Shown here one piece after another: positions 1-11,600 of a DNA stretch of 64,000 bases. Origin of the DNA: the human T2T-CHM13v2.0 reference genome, Homo sapiens. The first letter of the stretch is position 1. Every line of letters begins with the position of its first letter. A program made the translations under genes and the position numbers. The notes below the pieces were generated by a model. It saw only the letters and a list, made by a program, of their open reading frames with translations. It did not search any database and was not told the origin of the DNA. The stretch lies in NCBI RefSeq assembly GCF_009914755.1, contig NC_060931.1. One strand, written 5' to 3'.

Positions 1-233
1 GAGCAGATTTGAAACACTCTTTTTGTGGAGTTTGCAAGTGGAGATTTCAAGCGATTTGATGCCAACAGTAGAAAAGGAAATATCTTCAAATAAAAACTAG
101 ACAGAATCATTCTCAGAAACTACTTTGTGATGTGTGCCTTCAACTCACAGAGTTTAACCTTTCTTTTCTTAGAGCAGTTTAGAAACACTCTGCTTGTTAT
201 GTCTGCAAGTGGATATTTGGACCTCTTTGAGGC

Positions 234-250
234 CTTCGTTGCAAACGGGG
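234..250 (+). promoter_or_regulatory. CENP-B box A (variant, CTTCGTTGCAAACGGGG), recurring once per HOR
   Basis: Keeps all 9 core bases of NTTCGNNNNANNCGGGN but differs from the canonical CTTCGTTGGAAACGGGA at positions 9 and 17. 63 copies in the window. Confidence 0.88.
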
Positions 251-575
251 TTTCTTCCTTTCATGCTAGACTAAGAAGAGTTCTCAGTAACTTTTTTGTG
301 TTGTGTGTATTCAACTCACAGAGTTGAACCTTGCTTTAGAGAGAGCAGATTTGAAACACTCTTGCTGTGGCATTTTCAGGTGGAGATTTCAAGCGATTTG
401 AGGACAATTGCAGAAAAGGAAATATCTTCGTATAATAACCAGACAGAATCATTCTCAGAAAGTGCTTTGTGATGTGTGCGTTCAACTCACAGAGTTTAAC
501 CTTTCTTTTCATAGAGGAGTTTGGAAACACACTGTTTGTAAAGTCTGCAAGTGGATACATGGACCTGTTTGAGGC

Positions 576-592
576 CTTCGTTGGAAACGGGA
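576..592 (+). promoter_or_regulatory. CENP-B box B (canonical CTTCGTTGGAAACGGGA), recurring once per HOR
   Basis: Exact 17-bp canonical CENP-B box, 342 bp after box A. 63 copies. Confidence 0.96.
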
Positions 593-617
593 TTTCTTCA
601 TTGAATGCTAGACGGAA

Positions 618-963
618 GAATTCTCAGTAAATTCTTTGTGTTGTGTGCATTCAACTCACAGAGTGGAACGTCCCTTTAGACAGAGCAGATTTGAAACACT
701 CTTTTTGCGGAATTTGCAAGTGGAGATTTCTAGCCATTTGATGCCAACAGTAGAAAGGGAAATATCTTCAAATAAAAACCAGACAGAATCATTCTCAGAA
801 AATTCTTTGTGATGTGTGCGTTCAACTCACATAGTTTAACCTTTCTTTTCATAGAGCAGTTTGGAAACACTCTGTTTGTAAAGTCTGCAAGTGGATATAT
901 GGACCGCATTGAGGCCTTCGTTGGAAACGGGATTTCTTCATTTCATGCTAGACAGAAGAATTC
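618..963. other. Two EcoRI sites per HOR (618-623, 958-963), giving 340-bp and 682-bp fragments
   Basis: GAATTC is present in two dimers; the third dimer has GAGTTC (278-283). This matches the dimer plus tetramer EcoRI fragments classically described for D7Z1. Confidence 0.9.
916..932 (+). promoter_or_regulatory. CENP-B box C (canonical CTTCGTTGGAAACGGGA), recurring once per HOR
   Basis: Exact 17-bp canonical CENP-B box, 340 bp after box B and 340 bp before the next box A. 62 copies. Confidence 0.96.
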
Positions 964-1082
964 TCAGTAACTTCTTTGTGCTGTGTGTATTCAACTCACA
1001 GAGTGGAACGTCCCTTTGCACACAGCAGATTTGAAACACTCTTTTTGTGGAGTTTGCAAGTGGAGATTTCAAGCGATTTGAT

Positions 1083-1100
1083 GCCAACAGTAGAAAAGGA
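1083..1100 (-). promoter_or_regulatory. pJ-alpha-like (A-box) motif in the monomers that lack a CENP-B box
   Basis: Plus-strand CAACAGTAGAAAAGGAA reads TTCCTTTTCTACTGTTG on the minus strand, resembling the A-type monomer pJ-alpha motif. It sits where the CENP-B box lies in the alternating monomers. The match is degenerate and binding cannot be inferred. Confidence 0.5.
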
Positions 1101-4100
1101 AATATCTTCAAATAAAAACTAGACAGAATCATTCTCAGAAACTACTTTGTGATGTGTGCCTTCAACTCACAGAGTTTAACCTTTCTTTTCTTAGAGCAGT
1201 TTAGAAACACTCTGCTTGTTATGTCTGCAAGTGGATATTTGGACCTCTTTGAGGCCTTCGTTGCAAACGGGGTTTCTTCCTTTCATGCTAGACTAAGAAG
1301 AGTTCTCAGTAACTTTTTTGTGTTGTGTGTATTCAACTCACAGAGTTGAACCCTGCTTTAGAGAGAGCAGATTTGAAACACTCTTGCTGTGGCATTTTCA
1401 GGTGGAGATTTCAAGCGATTTGAGGACAATTGCAGAAAAGGAAATATCTTCGTATAATAACCAGACAGAATCATTCTCAGAAAGTGCTTTGTGATGTGTG
1501 CGTTCAACTCACAGAGTTTAACCTTTCTTTTCATAGAGGAGTTTGGAAACACACTGTTTGTAAAGTCTGCAAGTGGATATATGGACCTGTTTGAGGCCTT
1601 CGTTGGAAACGGGATTTCTTCATTGAATGCTAGACGGAAGAATTCTCAGTAAATTCTTTGTGTTGTGTGCATTCAACTCACAGAGTGGAACGTCCCTTTA
1701 GACAGAGCAGATTTGAAACACTCTTTTTGCGGAATTTGCAAGTGGAGATTTCTAGCCATTTGATGCCAACAGTAGAAAGGGAAATATCTTCAAATAAAAA
1801 CCAGACAGAATCATTCTCAGAAAATTCTTTGTGATGTGTGCGTTCAACTCACATAGTTTAACCTTTCTTTTCATAGAGCAGTTTGGAAACACTCTGTTTG
1901 TAAAGTCTGCAAGTGGATATATGGACCGCATTGAGGCCTTCGTTGGAAACGGGATTTCTTCATTTCATGCTAGACAGAAGAATTCTCAGTAACTTCTTTG
2001 TGCTGTGTGTATTCAACTCACAGAGTGGAACGTCCCTTTGCACAGAGCAGATTTGAAACACTATTTTTGTGGAGTTTGCAAGTGGAGATTTCAAGCGATT
2101 TGATGCCAACAGTAGAAAAGGAAATATCTTCAAATAAAAACTAGACAGAATCATTCTCAGAAACTACTTTGTGATGTGTGCCTTCAACTCACAGAGTTTA
2201 ACCTTTCTTTTCTTAGAGCAGTTTAGAAACACTCTGCTTGTTAGGTCTGCAAGTGGATATTTGGACCTCTTTGAGGCCTTCGTTGCAAACGGGGTTTCTT
2301 CCTTTCATGCTAGACTAAGAAGAGTTCTCAGTAACTTTTTTGTGTTGTGTGTATTCAACTCACAGAGTTGAACCCTGCTTTAGAGAGAGCAGATTTGAAA
2401 CACTCTTGCTGTGGCATTTTCAGGTGGAGATTTCAAGCGATTTGAGGACAATTGCAGAAAAGGAAATATCTTCGTATAATAACCAGACAGAATCATTCTC
2501 AGAAAGTGCTTTGTGATGTGTGCGTTCAACTCACAGAGTTTAACCTTTCTTTTCATAGAGGAGTTTGGAAACACACTGTTTGTAAAGTCTGCAAGTGGAT
2601 ATATGGACCTGTTTGAGGCCTTCGTTGGAAACGGGATTTCTTCATTGAATGCTAGACGGAAGAATTCTCAGTAAATTCTTTGTGTTGTGTGCATTCAACT
2701 CACAGAGTGGAACGTCCCTTTAGACAGAGCAGATTTGAAACACTCTTTTTGCGGAATTTGCAAGTGGAGATTTCTAGCCATTTGATGCCAACAGTAGAAA
2801 GGGAAATATCTTCAAATAAAAACCAGACAGAATCATTCTCAGAAAATTCTTTGTGATGTGTGCGTTCAACTCACATAGTTTAACCTTTCTTTTCATAGAG
2901 CAGTTTGGAAACACTCTGTTTGTAAAGTCTGCAAGTGGATATATGGACCGCATTGAGGCCTTCGTTGGAAACGGGATTTCTTCATTTCATGCTAGACAGA
3001 AGAATTCTCAGTAACTTCTTTGTGCTGTGTGTATTCAACTCACAGAGTGGAACGTCCCTTTGCACAGAGCAGATTTGAAACACTCTTTTTGTGGAGTTTG
3101 CAAGTGGAGATTTCAAGCGATTTGATGCCAACAGTAGAAAAGGAAATATCTTCAAATAAAAACTAGACAGAATCATTCTCAGAAACTACTTTGTGATGTG
3201 TGCCTTCAACTCACAGAGTTTAACCTTTCTTTTCTTAGAGCAGTTTAGAAACACTCTGCTTGTTATGTCTGCAAGTGGATATTTGGACCTCTTTGAGGCC
3301 TTCGTTGCAAACGGGGTTTCTTCCTTTCATGCTAGACTAAGAAGAGTTCTCAGTAACTTTTTTGTGTTGTGTGTATTCAACTCACAGAGTTGAACCTTGC
3401 TTTAGAGAGAGCAGATTTGAAACACTCTTGCTGTGGCATTTTCAGGTGGAGATTTCAAGCGATTTGAGGACAATTGCAGAAAAGGAAATATCTTCGTATA
3501 ATAACCAGACAGAATCATTCTCAGAAAGTGCTTTGTGATGTGTGCGTTCAACTCACAGAGTTTAACCTTTCTTTTCATAGAGGAGTTTGGAAGCACACTG
3601 TTTGTAAAGTCTGCAAGTGGATATATGGACCTGTTCGAGGCCTTCGTTGGAAACGGGATTTCTTCGTTGAATGCTAGACGGAAGAATTCTCAGTAAATTC
3701 TTTGTGTTGTGTGCATTCAACTCACAGAGTGGAACGTCCCTTTAGACAGAGCAGATTTGAAACACTCTTTTTGCGGAATTTGCAAGTGGAGATTTCTAGC
3801 CATTTGATGCCAACAGTAGAAAGGGAAATATCTTCAAATAAAAACCAGACAGAATCATTCTCAGAAAATTCTTTGTGATGTGTGCGTTCAACTCACATAG
3901 TTTAACCTTTCTTTTCATAGAGCAGTTTGGAAACACTCTGTTTGTAAAGTCTGCAAGTGGATATATGGACCGCATTGAGGCCTTCGTTGGAAACGGGATT
4001 TCTTCATTTCATGCTAGACAGAAGAATTCTCAGTAACTTCTTTGTGCTGTGTGTATTCAACTCACAGAGTGGAACGTCCCTTTGCACAGAGCAGATTTGA

Positions 4101-7100
4101 AACACTCTTTTTGTGGAGTTTGCAAGTGGAGATTTCAAGCGATTTGATGCCAACAGTAGAAAAGGAAATATCTTCAAATAAAAACTAGACAGAATCATTC
4201 TCAGAAACTACTTTGTGATGTGTGCCTTCAACTCACAGAGTTTAACCTTTCTTTTCTTAGAGCAGTTTAGAAACACTCTGCTTGTTATGTCTGCAAGTGG
4301 ATATTTGGACCTCTTTGAGGCCTTCGTTGCAAACGGGGTTTCTTCCTTTCATGCTAGACTAAGAAGAGTTCTCAGTAACTTTTTTGTGTTGTGTGTATTC
4401 AACTCACAGAGTTGAACCTTGCTTTAGAGAGAGCAGATTTGAAACACTCTTGCTGTGGCATTTTCAGGTGGAGATTTCAAGCGATTTGAGGACAATTGCA
4501 GAAAAGGAAATATCTTCGTATAATAACCAGACAGAATCATTCTCAGAAAGTGCTTTGTGATGTGTGCGTTCAACTCACAGAGTTTAACCTTTCTTTTCAT
4601 AGAGGAGTTTGGAAACACACTGTTTGTAAAGTCTGCAAGTGGATACATGGACCTGTTTGAGGCCTTCGTTGGAAACGGGATTTCTTCATTGAATGCTAGA
4701 CGGAAGAATTCTCAGTAAATTCTTTGTGTTGTGTGCATTCAACTCACAGAGTGGAACGTCCCTTTAGACAGAGCAGATTTGAAACACTCTTTTTGCGGAA
4801 TTTGCAAGTGGAGATTTCTAGCCATTTGATGCCAACAGTAGAAAGGGAAATATCTTCAAATAAAAACCAGACAGAATCATTCTCAGAAAATTCTTTGTGA
4901 TGTGTGCGTTCAACTCACATAGTTTAACCTTTCTTTTCATAGAGCAGTTTGGAAACACTCTGTTTGTAAAGTCTGCAAGTGGATATATGGACCGCATTGA
5001 GGCCTTCGTTGGAAACGGGATTTCTTCATTTCATGCTAGACAGAAGAATTCTCAGTAACTTCTTTGTGCTGTGTGTATTCAACTCACAGAGTGGAACGTC
5101 CCTTTGCACAGAGCAGATTTGAAACACTCTTTTTGTGGAGTTTGCAAGTGGAGATTTCAAGCGATTTGATGCCAACAGTAGAAAAGGAAATATCTTCAAA
5201 TAAAAACTAGACAGAATCATTCTCAGAAACTACTTTGTGATGTGTGCCTTCAACTCACAGAGTTTAACCTTTCTTTTCTTAGAGCAGTTTAGAAACACTC
5301 TGCTTGTTATGTCTGCAAGTGGATATTTGGACCTCTTTGAGGCCTTCGTTGCAAACGGGGTTTCTTCCTTTCATGCTAGACTAAGAAGAGTTCTCAGTAA
5401 CTTTTTTGTGTTGTGTGTATTCAACTCACAGAGTTGAACCCTGCTTTAGAGAGAGCAGATTTGAAACACTCTTGCTGTGGCATTTTCAGGTGGAGATTTC
5501 AAGCGATTTGAGGACAATTGCAGAAAAGGAAATATCTTCGTATAATAACCAGACAGAATCATTCTCAGAAAGTGCTTTGTGATGTGTGCGTTCAACTCAC
5601 AGAGTTTAACCTTTCTTTTCATAGAGGAGTTTGGAAACACACTGTTTGTAAAGTCTGCAAGTGGATATATGGACCTGTTTGAGGCCTTCGTTGGAAACGG
5701 GATTTCTTCATTGAATGCTAGACGGAAGAATTCTCAGTAAATTCTTTGTGTTGTGTGCATTCAACTCACAGAGTGGAACGTCCCTTTAGACAGAGCAGAT
5801 TTGAAACACTCTTTTTGCGGAATTTGCAAGTGGAGATTTCTAGCCATTTGATGCCAACAGTAGAAAGGGAAATATCTTCAAATAAAAACCAGACAGAATC
5901 ATTCTCAGAAAATTCTTTGTGATGTGTGCGTTCAACTCACATAGTTTAACCTTTCTTTTCATAGAGCAGTTTGGAAACACTCTGTTTGTAAAGTCTGCAA
6001 GTGGATATATGGACCGCATTGAGGCCTTCGTTGGAAACGGGATTTCTTCATTTCATGCTAGACAGAAGAATTCTCAGTAACTTCTTTGTGCTGTGTGTAT
6101 TCAACTCACAGAGTGGAACGTCCCTTTGCACAGAGCAGATTTGAAACACTATTTTTGTGGAGTTTGCAAGTGGAGATTTCAAGCGATTTGATGCCAACAG
6201 TAGAAAAGGAAATATCTTCAAATAAAAACTAGACAGAATCATTCTCAGAAACTACTTTGTGATGTGTGCCTTCAACTCACAGAGTTTAACCTTTCTTTTC
6301 TTAGAGCAGTTTAGAAACACTCTGCTTGTTAGGTCTGCAAGTGGATATTTGGACCTCTTTGAGGCCTTCGTTGCAAACGGGGTTTCTTCCTTTCATGCTA
6401 GACTAAGAAGAGTTCTCAGTAACTTTTTTGTGTTGTGTGTATTCAACTCACAGAGTTGAACCCTGCTTTAGAGAGAGCAGATTTGAAACACTCTTGCTGT
6501 GGCATTTTCAGGTGGAGATTTCAAGCGATTTGAGGACAATTGCAGAAAAGGAAATATCTTCGTATAATAACCAGACAGAATCATTCTCAGAAAGTGCTTT
6601 GTGATGTGTGCGTTCAACTCACAGAGTTTAACCTTTCTTTTCATAGAGGAGTTTGGAAACACACTGTTTGTAAAGTCTGCAAGTGGATATATGGACCTGT
6701 TTGAGGCCTTCGTTGGAAACGGGATTTCTTCATTGAATGCTAGACGGAAGAATTCTCAGTAAATTCTTTGTGTTGTGTGCATTCAACTCACAGAGTGGAA
6801 CGTCCCTTTAGACAGAGCAGATTTGAAACACTCTTTTTGCGGAATTTGCAAGTGGAGATTTCTAGCCATTTGATGCCAACAGTAGAAAGGGAAATATCTT
6901 CAAATAAAAACCAGACAGAATCATTCTCAGAAAATTCTTTGTGATGTGTGCGTTCAACTCACATAGTTTAACCTTTCTTTTCATAGAGCAGTTTGGAAAC
7001 ACTCTGTTTGTAAAGTCTGCAAGTGGATATATGGACCGCATTGAGGCCTTCGTTGGAAACGGGATTTCTTCATTTCATGCTAGACAGAAGAATTCTCAGT

Positions 7101-8699
7101 AACTTCTTTGTGCTGTGTGTATTCAACTCACAGAGTGGAACGTCCCTTTGCACAGAGCAGATTTGAAACACTCTTTTTGTGGAGTTTGCAAGTGGAGATT
7201 TCAAGCGATTTGATGCCAACAGTAGAAAAGGAAATATCTTCAAATAAAAACTAGACAGAATCATTCTCAGAAACTACTTTGTGATGTGTGCCTTCAACTC
7301 ACAGAGTTTAACCTTTCTTTTCTTAGAGCAGTTTAGAAACACTCTGCTTGTTATGTCTGCAAGTGGATATTTGGACCTCTTTGAGGCCTTCGTTGCAAAC
7401 GTGGTTTCTTCCTTTCATGCTAGACTAAGAAGAGTTCTCAGTAACTTTTTTGTGTTGTGTGTATTCAACTCACAGAGTTGAACCTTGCTTTAGAGAGAGC
7501 AGATTTGAAACACTCTTGCTGTGGCATTTTCAGGTGGAGATTTCAAGCGATTTGAGGACAATTGCAGAAAAGGAAATATCTTCGTATAATAACCAGACAG
7601 AATCATTCTCAGAAAGTGCTTTGTGATGTGTGCGTTCAACTCACAGAGTTTAACCTTTCTTTTCATAGAGGAGTTTGGAAACACACTGTTTGTAAAGTCT
7701 GCAAGTGGATATATGGACCTGTTTGAGGCCTTCGTTGGAAACGGGATTTCTTCATTGAATGCTAGACGGAAGAATTCTCAGTAAATTCTTTGTGTTGTGT
7801 GCATTCAACTCACAGAGTGGAACGTCCCTTTAGACAGAGCAGATTTGAAACACTCTTTTTGCGGAATTTGCAAGTGGAGATTTCTAGCCATTTGATGCCA
7901 ACAGTAGAAAGGGAAATATCTTCAAATAAAAACCAGACAGAATCATTCTCAGAAAATTCTTTGTGATGTGTGCGTTCAACTCACATAGTTTAACCTTTCT
8001 TTTCATAGAGCAGTTTGGAAACACTCTGTTTGTAAAGTCTGCAAGTGGATATATGGACCGCATTGAGGCCTTCGTTGGAAACGGGATTTCTTCATTTCAT
8101 GCTAGACAGAAGAATTCTCAGTAACTTCTTTGTGCTGTGTGTATTCAACTCACAGAGTGGAACGTCCCTTTGCACAGAGCAGATTTGAAACACTCTTTTT
8201 GTGGAGTTTGCAAGTGGAGATTTCAAGCGATTTGATGCCAACAGTAGAAAAGGAAATATCTTCAAATAGAAACTAGACAGAATCATTCTCAGAAACTACT
8301 TTGTGATGTGTGCCTTCAACTCACAGAGTTTAACCTTTCTTTTCTTAGAGCAGTTTAGAAACACTCTGCTTGTTAGGTCTGCAAGTGGATATTTGGACCT
8401 CTTTGAGGCCTTCGTTGCAAACGGGGTTTCTTCCTTTCATGCTAGACTAAGAAGAGTTCTCAGTAACTTTTTTGTGTTGTGTGTATTCAACTCACAGAGT
8501 TGAACCTTGCTTTAGAGAGAGCAGATTTGAAACACTCTTGCTGTGGCATTTTCAGGTGGAGATTTCAAGCGATTTGAGGACAATTGCAGAAAAGGAAATA
8601 TCTTCGTATAATAACCAGACAGAATCATTCTCAGAAAGTGCTTTGTGATGTGTGCGTTCAACTCACAGAGTTTAACCTTTCTTTTCATAGAGGAGTTTG

Positions 8700-11600
8700 G
8701 AAGCACACTGTTTGTAAAGTCTGCAAGTGGATATATGGACCTGTTCGAGGCCTTCGTTGGAAACGGGATTTCTTCGTTGAATGCTAGACGGAAGAATTCT
8801 CAGTAAATTCTTTGTGTTGTGTGCATTCAACTCACAGAGTGGAACGTCCCTTTAGACAGAGCAGATTTGAAACACTCTTTTTGCGGAATTTGCAAGTGGA
8901 GATTTCTAGCCATTTGATGCCAACAGTAGAAAGGGAAATATCTTCAAATAAAAACCAGACAGAATCATTCTCAGAAAATTCTTTGTGATGTGTGCGTTCA
9001 ACTCACATAGTTTAACCTTTCTTTTCATAGAGCAGTTTGGAAACACTCTGTTTGTAAAGTCTGCAAGTGGATATATGGACCGCATTGAGGCCTTCGTTGG
9101 AAACGGGATTTCTTCATTTCATGCTAGACAGAAGAATTCTCAGTAACTTCTTTGTGCTGTGTGTATTCAACTCACAGAGTGGAACGTCCCTTTGCACAGA
9201 GCAGATTTGAAACACTCTTTTTGTGGAGTTTGCAAGTGGAGATTTCAAGCGATTTGATGCCAACAGTAGAAAAGGAAATATCTTCAAATAAAAACTAGAC
9301 AGAATCATTCTCAGAAACTACTTTGTGATGTGTGCCTTCAACTCACAGAGTTTAACCTTTCTTTTCTTAGAGCAGTTTAGAAACACTCTGCTTGTTATGT
9401 CTGCAAGTGGATATTTGGACCTCTTTGAGGCCTTCGTTGCAAACGGGGTTTCTTCCTTTCATGCTAGACTAAGAAGAGTTCTCAGTAACTTTTTTGTGTT
9501 GTGTGTATTCAACTCACAGAGTTGAACCTTGCTTTAGAGAGAGCAGATTTGAAACACTCTTGCTGTGGCATTTTCAGGTGGAGATTTCAAGCGATTTGAG
9601 GACAATTGCAGAAAAGGAAATATCTTCGTATAATAACCAGACAGAATCATTCTCAGAAAGTGCTTTGTGATGTGTGCGTTCAACTCACAGAGTTTAACCT
9701 TTCTTTTCATAGAGGAGTTTGGAAACACACTGTTTGTAAAGTCTGCAAGTGGATATATGGACCTGTTTGAGGCCTTCGTTGGAAACGGGATTTCTTCATT
9801 GAATGCTAGACGGAAGAATTCTCAGTAAATTCTTTGTGTTGTGTGCATTCAACTCACAGAGTGGAACGTCCCTTTAGACAGAGCAGATTTGAAACACTCT
9901 TTTTGCGGAATTTGCAAGTGGAGATTTCTAGCCATTTGATGCCAACAGTAGAAAGGGAAATATCTTCAAATAAAAACCAGACAGAATCATTCTCAGAAAA
10001 TTCTTTGTGATGTGTGCGTTCAACTCACATAGTTTAACCTTTCTTTTCATAGAGCAGTTTGGAAACACTCTGTTTGTAAAGTCTGCAAGTGGATATATGG
10101 ACCGCATTGAGGCCTTCGTTGGAAACGAGATTTCTTCATTTCATGCTAGACAGAAGAATTCTCAGTAACTTCTTTGTGCTGTGTGTATTCAACTCACAGA
10201 GTGGAACGTCCCTTTACACAGAGCAGATTTGAAACACTCTTTTTGTGGAGTTTGCAAGTGGAGATTTCAAGCGATTTGATGCCAACAGTAGAAAAGGAAA
10301 TATCTTCAAATAAAAACTAGACAGAATCATTCTCAGAAACTACTTTGTGATGTGTGCCTTCAACTCACAGAGTTTAACCTTTCTTTTCTTAGAGCAGTTT
10401 AGAAACACTCTGCTTGTTATGTCTGCAAGTGGATATTTGGACCTCTTTGAGGCCTTCGTTGCAAACGGGGTTTCTTCCTTTCATGCTAGACTAAGAAGAG
10501 TTCTCAGTAACTTTTTTGTGTTGTGTGTATTCAACTCACAGAGTTGAACCTTGCTTTAGAGAGAGCAGATTTGAAACACTCTTGCTGTGGCATTTTCAGG
10601 TGGAGATTTCAAGCGATTTGAGGACAATTGCAGAAAAGGAAATATCTTCGTATAATAACCAGACAGAATCATTCTCAGAAAGTGCTTTGTGATGTGTGCG
10701 TTCAACTCACAGAGTTTAACCTTTCTTTTCATAGAGGAGTTTGGAAACACACTGTTTGTAAAGTCTGCAAGTGGATACATGGACCTGTTTGAGGCCTTCG
10801 TTGGAAACGGGATTTCTTCATTGAATGCTAGACGGAAGAATTCTCAGTAAATTCTTTGTGTTGTGTGCATTCAACTCACAGAGTGGAACGTCCCTTTAGA
10901 CAGAGCAGATTTGAAACACTCTTTTTGCGGAATTTGCAAGTGGAGATTTCTAGCCATTTGATGCCAACAGTAGAAAGGGAAATATCTTCAAATAAAAACC
11001 AGACAGAATCATTCTCAGAAAATTCTTTGTGATGTGTGCGTTCAACTCACATAGTTTAACCTTTCTTTTCATAGAGCAGTTTGGAAACACTCTGTTTGTA
11101 AAGTCTGCAAGTGGATATATGGACCGCATTGAGGCCTTCGTTGGAAACGGGATTTCTTCATTTCATGCTAGACAGAAGAATTCTCAGTAACTTCTTTGTG
11201 CTGTGTGTATTCAACTCACAGAGTGGAACGTCCCTTTGCACAGAGCAGATTTGAAACACTCTTTTTGTGGAGTTTGCAAGTGGAGATTTCAAGCGATTTG
11301 ATGCCAACAGTAGAAAAGGAAATATCTTCAAATAAAAACTAGACAGAATCATTCTCAGAAACTACTTTGTGATGTGTGCCTTCAACTCACAGAGTTTAAC
11401 CTTTCTTTTCTTAGAGCAGTTTAGAAACACTCTGCTTGTTATGTCTGCAAGTGGATATTTGGACCTCTTTGAGGCCTTCGTTGCAAACGGGGTTTCTTCC
11501 TTTCATGCTAGACTAAGAAGAGTTCTCAGTAACTTTTTTGTGTTGTGTGTATTCAACTCACAGAGTTGAACCCTGCTTTAGAGAGAGCAGATTTGAAACA

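Larger units (their letters stand above)
110..1131 (+). repeat. Representative full HOR unit (copy 1), six monomers: 110-280, 281-451, 452-620, 621-791, 792-960, 961-1131
   Basis: The TTCTCAG anchor occurs at 110, 281, 452, 621, 792, 961 and 1132, giving 171+171+169+171+169+171 = 1022 bp. CENP-B-box monomers alternate with box-less monomers. Confidence 0.95.

Noticed and set aside
431-436. TATAAT (bacterial -10-like) and AATAAA (polyadenylation-like) motifs in each HOR
   Set aside because: Short AT-rich matches are expected in the satellite consensus, with no supporting context.
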